Positions 1-26,100 of a stretch of 64,000 bases of DNA are shown one piece after another. Each line of letters starts with the position of its first letter. Position 1 is the stretch's first letter. This stretch comes from Sphaerodactylus townsendi. Its lineage: Eukaryota. The stretch covers positions 26,412,001 through 26,476,000 of the forward strand of contig NC_059428.1 in the NCBI RefSeq assembly GCF_021028975.2, given 5' to 3'. Both the position numbers and the translations under genes were made by a program. The notes under the pieces were generated by a model. It saw only the letters and a program-made list of their open reading frames with translations, was not told the DNA's origin and did no database searches.

Positions 1-1197
1 TGCTCTCACCAAGGGTTGTCACCTGAGCCCAATTCTCCCCTACCCAACGTACATATTGCCATTTTTTGTCCCTAAAGACACTTCTTGGCTTGCTGGATAT
101 TGTATTTATTTTACCCTACAGCAGCTGGTTCTGCATTAGCTACCAAAACAAGGGTAGGTTAATCAGTTGATCATAAGTTTTCTTTCTAAATTTTTTTTTT
201 TAAAGAATACTGTTAAAACTAATGTTTGTAATATACAGGACAGAATAGCTGCATCAAACACATTAAGCATCGTTCATTTGTACAGGGACTTGTGGAAGGT
301 ATAAAGAAAAACCTAGTGAGCTGGATGCAGGCTTTCATGATCATTGCTGGATGGAGACATGTAGCAGGAAAGGTAGAAATTATTGTCTTGCTAGAGGACC
401 TCTTTCTCCTTTTGCACAAAAAGGTTGGGCATGACAACAGGTTGCGACAATAAATTGCATTCAGCAACCTGCAGTAAAAGCAAAGATGATACCTACAATA
501 ATAATTGCAATGGACTACAACCCTGTTCTATTGTAAATGTGCCCTCGTGGATCCTTCTCAATCCATATTTTCATGGAGAACAGCAGCAACTGTGGACACA
601 CTCCCTTGGGAATGAATCCTGCTGGCCTCCACGGGCTTTCTAGGAAAGGATGCTTAGAACAGGGATGAAAAAGTACATTTGTGCCTAAAACAGGGTTTGA
701 ATTTCCTAAATCCTTTTCACACACACCCATTTTCAAAACTGAGAATCTGCTTTACCCTTTGCATATTTGTGATAAAGGGAGCAGAATGTTTCCTTTTCCC
801 GAACTTGATATTTGTGTGAGAAAACATCTCCTTCCCCAGGTTGCAGCCCCTTCCTCCCAGTCTCTCACAATCCCACAAACTCACACAACTCCATAAAATC
901 CCACACAGGCAACGGCTAAGTAACCACCTCGGCCCCTGCCTTCCCTTCTCTAGTTGCCACGCCCCCGTCCCTTGCGCGGCCCAATAGAATGAGTCTCTGA
1001 TTGACACGCCCCCCGTCCCTCACCTCTGTGGGGCTACGGACTGAGCGGCGCGTGCGTCGCTCCTAAAATCCTATTGGTCGAGAAGAGGGGCGGGGTCCAT
1101 TGGCGGCTTGTGCGGCTGAAGGTTACGGAGGCGCTTAGACGGCCCGGCAGTCGGTCTGAGACCATCGGAGGGTGCAGAGGTCGGCTAGGGAGCGAAG

Positions 1198-15237
<14,040 letters not shown>

Positions 15238-15422
15238 GCTCTTTAAAAGGCGTACACTTAAACGGCTGTTACAGATATTTATGGAATTGCCCCCCCCCCC
15301 CATATGTTAAAACTCGGTTCACCATCGTTTGAAAAAATTCATGTTTTTACTACATCATGCTGCAAAGCAAATGTGATTTTATACTATGGAATTACAAAAC
15401 ATGTTAGACTTCTAATCAAGAG

Positions 15423-15428
15423 AATAAA
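15423..15428 (+). terminator. ACAT1 polyadenylation signal AATAAA
   Basis: First AATAAA ~185 nt after the stop codon, followed by a GT-containing downstream stretch. Confidence 0.7.
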
Positions 15429-15961
15429 GATTGTAAACAATCCTGATTTACTAGTAGCTGTGTTCAAATAATTCAACACAAATGGCAGGATCTGCACATT
15501 GTTCATTTGGGCCAGAACATTTTAGTATTTTCATGGGGTAGGCAAAGCTGCCCACTGTTGTTTCTCAAGTCAAGAAAGAATGGTGGTGTGTAGTTTCCCT
15601 TTACAGCATAAAAAGATACGCAGCAGCTACAGTGAGTTTCGGTTTTTCTGCTAGATAGGTACAGATGTAGCATAGCATACATTGGGCACTGCATCAGCTG
15701 AGGAAAAAGACCAGATAATTTGGCCTACGCCTTGTATAGATACAGACCTTTATATAGGTGTAAGTTTATTTTTTGCTTGCTGTAGGTATTTAATGAAAGG
15801 CTTAAGGTAATAAAGAGGGCTATGGCTTAGGAGTTGCACATGAACTTTACATGTAGAAGTTCCTAGCTTCAATCTGTGCCCTTGTCTAGTAAAAGCATCA
15901 GGGGAAAGTCTTCCAAATCACCTATTCCATTAGACCCTGGAAAACTGTTGTCTGAAAAGAC

Positions 15962-16275
15962 CAGAGGTTCCTACCTTTTTGAGCCTGAGGGCACCTTTGG
16001 AATGCTGCCGCTAAGGTACCAGGGAGAGACGTACTTAATGGTTCAATATTTCAGGCAGAAACTGTTTAACAGAATGCCTTTTAAAAATGAACATATTGTT
16101 GAAAAATATTTGTACGAATATGTAAAAGTTCACTGCATGCCTGAAGATCCTACTGCTGTGGAGACAGCCATAGAAGCAAGTTTTTAAAATTAAAATCTCC
16201 ACAGCTAATCAGAAGCCCTGGTGGGAAAAAGCCACACACATTTTGTGAAAACAGGTGCCATGTTGAAAATCCCTA
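15962..16275. mobile_element. Degenerate hAT-like non-autonomous element between ACAT1 and NPAT 3' ends
   Basis: CAGAGGTTCCTACCTTTTTGAG start and GGTGCCATGTTGAAAATCCC end resemble Charlie-type termini; no clean TSD. Confidence 0.45.
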
Positions 16276-16518
16276 GGCTTATGACAACTCCATAAGCTTT
16301 CCAAGGCAAAGTGATTTGCCATCATAGACCTCTGATTAGCAGCCCTGAACCTTCCTGGTGATCTGCTGTACAGTTTCTGAGATCAAGCTAGCCTGGGGCA
16401 TTATCTCCTTCAGGACAAAACCAACCAAGCCCAAAAGTTGCATTTTTACAAACTTTAAACACAATAAAAATAAAATGGCTGTTTAAGATCGACAGATGTT
16501 ATCAGAAAGTTGAAAGTT

Positions 16519-16524
16519 TTTATT
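16519..16524 (-). terminator. Candidate NPAT polyadenylation signal (AATAAA on minus strand)
   Basis: TTTATT on plus strand ~570 nt past the NPAT stop codon. Confidence 0.5.
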
Positions 16525-17093
16525 GTAACATTTGTAACTAGATATGTAGAACAGAAAAAATAAACTCCCTACAAAGGTAGTTGAATTTTCATTTCTGTAG
16601 TTTAGTTATCCATTGAAGACTGGAGGCAACCACTGACTTTCCCCCAACTAAATCCACAGATTCTGTGATCTCAAGTATTAACACCTTGGAAGCAAATGGC
16701 ATTGAGTTCAGTGGCATCAACTTTAAAGCAAGTTTAAGAGCAGGAACGCTCATCCCTATGGGACCAGTTTAAACAGATAAATATGTATGTAGATCTAGCA
16801 GAACATGGCCACTGTCTGCTGCTAATAAAATAATTTTTTTTAATGTCAACATCTGTACAATATTTACAGTAACCAAATACACCTGTGCAAACTTAGAAGA
16901 GGGTCTCCGTGTTAAGTGCTGTCTCCAAAGAATGTTTACCAGGTTGAAATTCCATTGAAAAATAGCAACTTCCTTCAGAACCAGTGGATTTTCTTTTATC
17001 AAGTGAAAACTTCAGTTTTCCAAGGGTGCAGCACACAATTTGCTCTCCTTAAGCTCACCAGAGAGCAACATGATCTGAAATCCAGACAGTTCT

Positions 17094-17168
17094 TTATTCA
17101 TCATAATGCAACGATAATAAGAATTTGTCCACATCCATTCCAGCGGGAAAGGAAATTGGCAGCTTTTT
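17094..17168 (-). CDS. NPAT: NPAT exon 18 coding part (KKLPISFPAGMDVDKFLLSLHYDE*)
   Basis: Conserved NPAT C-terminus; CAGCAG acceptor (alternative start 17171); TAA stop. Confidence 0.95.
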   Translation of the reverse strand, partial: KKLPISFPAGMDVDKFLLSLHYDE

Positions 17169-20100
17169 CTGCTGAAAGGAAAATATATATCTGGGTGATT
17201 AAATATCTAATACATCGAATATCTGATACATATATACACAGTACACTGGTCATAAAAAGACTATATATATTAAAAAACTAATATTGTAACCAAATAAAGA
17301 TGTCTAGGGTTATGGAGCTATCCGGCTGAGAGCTAGAACAGATGGCCTCTTGTATGCCCTATGTCATCACTGCACTGGTACACAATCCACTTTGTACTAT
17401 TACACATATAATTGTACTATTACTCATACAATCGTACTATTACACATATAAGCTTTGTTACCCAGCATTCTTGAGGAATGGGTGTTACTGGTTAAATGAA
17501 TGAGCTGGATACTTGATCTTATACTTCTGCCTCACCTGCAACCTTGAGAATGTCAAGCTGACAGGTCCTAAGCCTGGCAGGACCCTTGCAATTCCTCTGG
17601 GGGCCACAGAACTGTCCTGCCAGCGGAAGAATGAGCAGGCCAGTTGAGGAAATCAGCTGGCCTCAATTGCAGCTGTAGGCATCAAGCCAGACAGCTAGAG
17701 AGGAGGCCATGGAACATCACCTGAAGACGTGGTGCCAATTAACTGGTTAATTGGGTCTGCCAGATCACAAAGCTTTTACTATATGCTTAAAATGAGTGGA
17801 GTCTATTTACCTTTACTTTCTTCTTTTTTATCGGCACTGTGAAGTTCTGAAGGTCCTTTTTGCTGGCAGTCCAGGAATTTCTCTCACACTCTACGGTGTC
17901 TTCCTGTTTCCTTTTTTTGGCTGAGCTTCTCAGAGGCCTAAACTGTTGGGAATTGTCTTTGAGGGGTGTATTTGTACTCGTCCTGGCAATAGCTGCTCGA
18001 GAAAGTATCATTAAAGTGTGAGCAGCCATGCTAACACTGTTTTCGCTGCTGGTCTCGCTAGCTGGGCTACAGGCGGGCAGGTCAGGGGTAGCTGGAGGGA
18101 CCATGATCCTGGGTGTTGTACTATCCTCACTGTACCGTTTACACGTGGGTGTCTTTATTATATCAAAGGTGTCCTCGGAGTGTCTATCTCCAGTCCCGGA
18201 GGGGGTACGGGGTACTGGCAAATCCCCATTTTCCGGTAGTTTAGCAGCAGGACTCTGCCTCTGAATGTCATGAAGCATCTCCACAGCCTGTTTGGTTAAC
18301 GGGCTGGTCAAGCAGTGGGTTTGGCCATGAGATTTTGTCTGGTCCTTCTTAGCCTCCTTGGAAGTCAGAACTCCGGAATTTTTGCTGTTTGCGTTCAGCT
18401 GGAGCCCTTGCTTTTTATTCGGTTCTTGTGCTGGGGAGCAGTTCTTCTCGATATGAAGGCTGATGCTTGGAGGGCCGTTTGACAGAGAAGTCCCTTCGTG
18501 ATTAGGACTTATTTCGTCAACTCCTCTTTCCAGCTCGTTTTCTTTGTTTGCCGTCTGCTTTCTCAGCACGTCGGACGCCAGCCCCGGCCCTAAAGCCTTC
18601 CGCTCCAACTGGGCTTCTCTCACGGTCGCGTTTCTGTTCGTGATGTCCGGCTTACACAAAATCCTAGGCAACATCCTCTCGCGCTCCCTTTTGCTGGGCT
18701 GAGTTTTGGTGGAGGGAGGCACCCCGCTGAGAGAATCCCCAGAGAGGGAAGCGTTTTCGTTCCTTTCTTTCTGTGGAGCTGGCAGGCTTCCTCCTGCACC
18801 ACCCGGACTGCTGTCGAAGCAAAGCACTCTTCTGTGGCTTTCGCTTTGCTTGGGGTTGCAGCTGGTTGTGTCAACAGCAACAGCCTCTAGCTTCTTTCTT
18901 AAGTTGGCACAGTTCCCAATCCTGAAAGAAAACACAGTGTGGGATATGAGGGAGATCATGCAACTTTCTCTAGGGGTTTTTTTTTTTGGGGGGGGGGGGG
19001 TTGGCGCTGTTTTTGAAGGTATTGCTGAGGGTCAAACAAGACATATTTTCATCTTCAAGATATCTGAAGCTTTTTTTCTGTCCAGAGGTCAAATCAGCCA
19101 CTAGAAAAACAGGATTAACCCTTTCTGCCCTTGCACAATTCTGCCCCTTCCTGAAGCTGCTATTTGTTCCATAGTGAGAGTACCTGTGATTTTCACCTAT
19201 TGTGCAAAAAAGAATGCTGAGAAGGTGGTGAAGGGATGAAGTTGGAAAAATCGGACTAAGACCCCCCCTCCCTGCAGCCACTTGGCTTGCCTCCCCCCCA
19301 AACTAAAATAAACATGGGCGATTTGCATCACAGATCTTCTCATAAATGGTCAAAATTGGTCCTGGGCTACTGAGCATATTAGTAAACTATATTAACAGAT
19401 ATGGTGATTTAGGAAGGAAATTCCACTCTTCATCTAGAGCCCTGTTGAACGGTCCAGCTTGGTTTCACCTTCTTGCCATTTCAAGAAAGCATAAATGGCA
19501 ATTTATTATATATGTATTACCTAGACTTATGCCTAAGTGGGAAAACTTATTCATAAGAACATAAGAACGAGCCTGTTGGATCATATCAGAGTGCATCTAG
19601 TCCAGCTCTCTGCTACTTGCAGTGGCCCACCAGGTGCCTTTGGAAGCTAACATGCAGGATGTGAAAGCAATGGCCTTCTGCTGTTGCTGCTCCTGAGCAC
19701 CTGGTCTGCTAAGGCATTTGCAATCTCAGGTCAAGGAGGATCAAGATTGGTAGACAATTCAAACAATTCTGCTTTTTACTTTGACCAACACTAATGCTGG
19801 AAGTACACTTGTCACTATTTTTAAAATCTGAAGTTCTCTGAACGATGTTACAGATGGAAGAACGTTACAGATGCAGGAAAGATGCTACTCACTGCCATAC
19901 ATCAGACACTGCAGCCGAAAACTTAACAGGCCACCAGGGGCGATGAAGACAACAGGTGTGGTGTGGACAAAGAAAGAAGTAGGGCTCAGTACAAGAACTG
20001 TCCAAACTAACCCTGATCACATTCACAAGAAATCTAATCCACGAACTAAGTGATCACATGGTCACCAGCAACTCCTGCAATCATAATGGCTGCAAAAGTA

Positions 20101-23100
20101 TCATTGCAAATGTTAGAAACAGCTGCCAGCCACATCTGTGATTGGCTACCTCATATGGTTGAGGAAAACCTTCCTGGGGACTCTGGGAGTCAAGGAAGAT
20201 ATTGCATAAAATTGTTCCTTGTTTAAAAAAAGAAGAAAAGAAAAACCAACTGCTGACCTTTGCACACGACGATTTACAGGATCTGACCCATTCTGATCCA
20301 TCTTTAGCTTTCCTTTAAAAAAAAGGAGAAAGACAGAGAATGAGAAAACGTTTGAAAAAACTCAAACCAGCTGTTTCCATGATGGCACCCAACTGTGCAG
20401 TAAGAGTTAAGTGTTCTATTCGCGATCTCCTGAGTTTCGGAGTTAAGGCTATCCAGGGCAGAAAAAGATAAGTTCTCCCACGAGTGCTGTAGAGTGGTAC
20501 AGAATTACACAACTTTGCTTGGCATGTTCCTAGCTTACCAGCATTTAACTTGCTTCTTGGGAGCTTCTGAGATTTGGGAGGGAGAGGTAATTTCGGAACT
20601 CCACCACCGCATAGAGAAGTCTGTACGGGCATGTGCAGGACCTTGGGAAAATGACAGTCGCACAGTGAAAAACTCTTATCATTTTGAGCTGGAAAGTCTT
20701 ATACTGCGCAGGCGGTATCATTTTACCTGTCGGGAAGGATCCGAGAATGCATTTCCACTCTGTCCCATTATAGATACAGGAATCATTCCCACCATTCCTT
20801 GCAACACAGGCTGTACCGGAGAGGCGATTATAATGGCAGAACCTAAAAATTAATGCAGGTCAGTGACAGCTTTTGGTATTTTGTTTAAGGAGATCTCAGA
20901 GACAACCTTGCACCTCACTAATTAGGGAAGGCGGGAGAAGGGTCCAAATGCACATTAAAACTTCCCTCCTGAAACTGCACACATCTGGTCTAGTCAGCTG
21001 CCCGGACGGAATGTGATCCAGGAAATGAGTGTAAGCAACTTTAATCTTTTAAAAATGCAAATGTTGCAAATGGATCTCCAGACAGCCACATATTTAGCTA
21101 CCCGGCTGAGAGATGCAACAAAAGGCATCACTCTCACTGTACAGTATAAGAACAGAAAGATACAGAACTATCTCTAAAGTCTGACTCAGACATGAATAAG
21201 CTCTTCCATGTGGACTGGCATAGCCTATCCAACAGCCTATCCAAAACCTTCCAGGTTTTGATGGTCCTTGGGCAGACAGTGCCCAAAATCCCTCTTCCCC
21301 CCCACCAACTGTCACTTCTACCAGACTATGCATCCTTTTCTTGCTTACAAGAAGCCCTCTCCCACTGCCTGCACTTTCAACTGCCTGAACATTTCCACAT
21401 TAGCACTGGAAAATGTGTGTGCTTGGTACTGTTGCTTCTGTAGAGTACAACAGGAACTACTAGAACTAGAGTACAACAGGAACTAGAGTACAACAGGAAC
21501 TAGAGTACAACAGGAACTACCGTTATCAAGGCTGCTTACACACATATACAAGATAACAGTGTAAACGTTTCAACAAATAAAGTGCAAACAGCAATCAAAA
21601 ATGCAGACTGCGATAGCATATATCGCAGGTGTACTCTAATCTGGGGGAACCAGGTTTGATTCCCTGCTGTGCTGCTTGAGCTGTGGAGGCTTATCTGGGG
21701 AATTCAGACTAGCCTGTGTTCTCCCAACACACGCCAGCTGGGTGACCTTGGGCTAGTCACAGTTTTTCGGAGCTCTCTCAGCCCCACCTACCTCACAGGG
21801 TGGTTGTTGTGGGGGGGGGAGGAAAAGGAGTTTATAAGCCCTTCTGAGTATCCTTGCAGGAGAGAAAGGGGGGATATAAATCCAACTCTTCTTCTATGTA
21901 AGCAACAAGCTGTCAACCAGTAATTTACAGGTAAGCAGCCTTGATACGGTGGTTCCTGTGGCGCTCTGCTGTTTGAACACTGCATCTGCTAGTGTCTGTC
22001 ATTTTGTAGCTCAACTGCTGCTTCTGTAGAGCTACAAAATGCCGCTGATGTGCACCATCCACGTGTACTTCCTTATCGTTGTTGGGAAGATGAAAGCATG
22101 AATGATGGCTCGCTTGCAAGCGACTGGGCTGAGGCACACGTGGGGGATCAGCAGCTCTAGACCCCACCAGAATCCCTGGGCCTCGCAGCTGCCCGACCTC
22201 AGGGAATGTTGACACCAGGCCTGTTTTCCAAGATGTGCAGGAAGCAGCATCTGAGCTGGTGCCTCCCCGGATGAAGTCGCTATTTCCTAGTTGTGACTGA
22301 TGGCAGCTGAAAAGCATCAGGGGGAGTTCTGCGTAGGAAACAGAGAGACTTGCAGAACTGCCACAGACATTGAAGGGGATGCAGAAGACCTTGTTTGTGA
22401 GGGGCTTTCTATATACCCTGGAGTTCCTGAGTAAAAGGCCTCACTGCTTAGTGCATTTTCAGGCAGACCTCCTTTGCCTCTCTGCCTACCTGACCAACCA
22501 TTTATTGCTGAAGTCTACAGCCTCAAAGGGAAATCTTAATAGTGTAAAGTCTATCTCAAGAAAGCAAATGGAGGCTATCCGGCAGCTCTACAGCCCAATT
22601 ACCATTTTTTTCCTAATTATCTAGAACAGGGGTCTGCAACCTGCGGCTCTCCAGATGTTCATGGACTACAATTCCCATCAGCTCCTGCCAGCATGGCCAA
22701 TTGGCCATACTGGCAGGGGCTTATGGGATTTGTAGTCCATGAACATCTGGAGAGCCGCAGGTTGCAGACCCCTGATTTAGAAGCAGCAGGTGCAGCCAAC
22801 CCATTCCCAGGGCAATCCATGCTAGCTAGAATGGGTGTCTCAGTCCAAAACAATTAGGAGGCTCCAGTGAGGAGATTCAGAAAGAAAAGCCGCAGCCTCC
22901 AGTGTTTCCTGGCTGGATTTCCACTACTGTTTGGAGCACCCACACATTGCCCATCATATCTGATCTCAGTTTGGTCAATAAGCCTTGTCAGTTGCCAAAT
23001 GAAGTTCAGCAATCAGCTGAACTCTGCTTTCTACTGCACAACCCTGGGGTGAAATCAAGCATCAAAGAACAGCAATTAAAAACAAGTGGACAACAGCAAA

Positions 23101-26100
23101 GGAATCCATCACTGAGTCCTCTGTTATTATCCCCTCTCTCACACACATCTAGAATTCCTAGCTCTCAGGTCTTATCAGTTGCTATAATTTTTCATCCAGC
23201 CATCAGCCACAGTTACCTTCAAGTGAAGAGCGCAGTAACCGGTGCACTAGCTTACTTTATGACTAAAGCAAACAGCTATTAGCTCAGACCAGATGAAGGC
23301 AGAGTTATAACCACTAGTTACCCTGTGAAAAATTTGGAGACAATGGCGGGTTCATGGCAAACAAGCTGTTCGTTCTGGGAGGCGTCCGTAACTGCTGCAC
23401 CGCTGGGACTTGCGACGTGAGGGATGTCGAACCTCCTGGCAACATGACTAAATTCGACGGAGTAACATTTGAACTCAATGCTGTTGGCTCAGTCACACAG
23501 GTGGTGATGTAGACGTTGCCGCAGTTGCCGAAAGATGTGGTTGTGCCTGGCATGAGCTGTATAAATCCCCCCTCCTTTGCAACGCTGCATGTCCCAGCGA
23601 CGGAAAACACTGCACACTCTTCGTTCTGCACATTGAGCGTGCTCACAACAGAATCTTGGCCTCTTACGATGAGAAGATTCTGTTCTACCAAACCCGAATC
23701 CCCCGTCCTTTCAATCTCTTCCGAAGTTACTAAGCACCTGGCTGGTCCCACCCCACTGGTCGGTGACTTGGCCGGAGAGGACAATATGATAGTTGGCAAA
23801 TTCTCCCCAGTGATGCTGGAAACGGCATTGCTCAGCTCAGCGTCTGATGAAATGAAGGGGTCGTCGCTGATGATGATTTTTAGGGAAACGATACTGGAGG
23901 GGTCTTCGTCAGTGGCTTGACTACCAGACGAAAGGCTGCCTGCCGCTTTGGTCCCCGGACTGGATTCTCCAGCTGGCTCTGGAGGAGGAGAGCAGCAAGC
24001 GGCGGATGTGGCGGGATTGCTTTCCACAGGTGTCTCTGTCTGCCTCTCATTGTCAGAAGGCAGAAATAAGCTATCAGCACCTGGTTTTGTAGGAGACGAC
24101 GGCTCCTGCACTTCTGCCAGCATCGTCTCAGAATCCGCTGATTCCTGGTTTGGGTGTTTTGAACAAGACTCTTCAAGCACAAGCTGATCCTCGGAATGTA
24201 AACTGTCGGAAGTGGCGACAACTTCAAGTTGGAGCTCTGCTGCAGCTGGATCTGGTGAACTGACCGAAGGCACTGTGGTGGAATCTAACGTCAATTTATT
24301 CTGATCTTGCAAGTTAGAAAGAGTGGGACTGGTAGGATTTTGTTGGCTGGCAGCAGAAAACAAGGGAGATTCTTGGGCTACCTGCTTCACAGTTTTATCT
24401 GACTCTTCCAGAGGGTGAGAGTCAGCTACATTTCTTCCGTCCAGCATCTCACTGTGACCAGAATTTAGAGGAGAGAGTGGTTTTGCGTTTGCCTTCTCAG
24501 ATAATATATTATCAGGAAAGGAACAACACTCAGCTCTTTCTGAGAGGGACTTCTGTTGAGCATCCAACTGATCATACTGCAACTCAAGAAAGTTTTGGCC
24601 ACCCGGAGGCAACAGACTGGTTTCAGATTCTGGATCTAGTCCGCATACTGTTGTTTCTGGGTTTGGGTAAGAACTTGAATTGTTTCCATTTAACTCCGAA
24701 GCACAAACATGGTCTGGTTCAGATTCAAAGGCCATTTTATGCTGGAGCTGTTGGCTGTGCAACCTGGTTTCATCTGAATGCGTTTCGGTCCCAACTTCAG
24801 AGACTCCTTGAAATTCTCCACCTATTATGCTTTGCATCTTCAAATGTTCTTCCAAGATTACATCACTGCCACCCTCCTTCAGGGTACAAGTTGCTTCTTT
24901 GGGTAGATCTCCTGTGTAGGACAATCTCTCTTGAGGATCATCACCTGCAACAGAGTTTCAGCAAGTTCATTACTGAGTTAAGCTACCGGCCTGCTTGCAT
25001 CTCTCAGAGGAACCATACAGGATCAGACCTTAACACCACAGCCTGAAAAAATCTGCTTTCTATCTTTAAACCTTTTTAAATTTTGTAACATGTAGCCTGA
25101 TGAAGAGTTCAGGTGTGCTCAAAAGCCTGTACAATGTTGTGTGTCAATTTGTCTTAATGTTACTTGGACTTTTCCCCCTAGCTTGACAGGAGACCATAGC
25201 TCTGCCCTCTGGGGTTTTCAATGTTTTATTTATTTTAAAAGTGTTCTTATCATTAAAAAATAGATTCCCCAGAGAAACAGTTAACACAGGAAACAACAAC
25301 AAAAACATACAGGAAAAACTAATATGGCCTCTTACACAAATTAAGATCATTCCTGTCTCGGCCTCAAGGTAAATCGATCCAGAAACAAAGATACCATTTC
25401 CTCCCACTGGTATACAAATCTATAAAACTCTCTGCTGGCTGAGATTAAGGAATTAACTAAACCCATTCACTTGAATTTTGTGCTGTCTGGCAATCAATAT
25501 GTCATTTATGCTCCGTGGTCAACAGCTGGCAGTAGCAACCGTGCCAGGCTTGTGACTTCTGGGAAGAGGGAGCAGGTCACCTTGGTTAGAGGACAAACAG
25601 CACCAGCCACACAACATTTTTTTAAAAAACCCTGCTATTTAGAAGACATAGACTTAAAACTCATCTATTAATTGACAATCATAGTCCAGTCCTGTGTATG
25701 CTTAGTCAGATTCTACTGACTCCACTGATTTCAGTGGAAATACCCTCCAAACTGCAGCCTCAACTTTTCTGCGTGACAGTTCACCCATGTTTAGGGTTGT
25801 CATCTCTGGGTTGCATCCCCTTCCCAATAAAAAAACCCTGTTGTACAAACACGGGCAGACAATGTGCTTACCTTTTCTTCACAGCTGGCAGTGCTGGCAC
25901 CCAGGAGCCTCTCTGGGCCTGGCCATGCAGGTGTCTATGAGCTTCTTCAGACCTGAAGCAGCTCCCAGATGCCGTTGCTGCTGCAGCTGAGCCTGGCACC
26001 ATGCCTGGTTCCTTATAACAGGGGAGCCACTCCAGGCCTGGAGAAACTTCCAGACACTGCAGCTGCCATAGCTGGTAAGATACAGTGGGGGGGGAGGGGG

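Noticed and set aside
21441-21520. Short repeat array as CRISPR-like
   Set aside because: Contiguous tandem units without unique spacers, in a vertebrate intron.
23516-25046. Antisense ORFs (134, 79, 189 aa) over NPAT exon 13
   Set aside because: Shadow ORFs of a long coding exon; no recognisable motifs or splice support.
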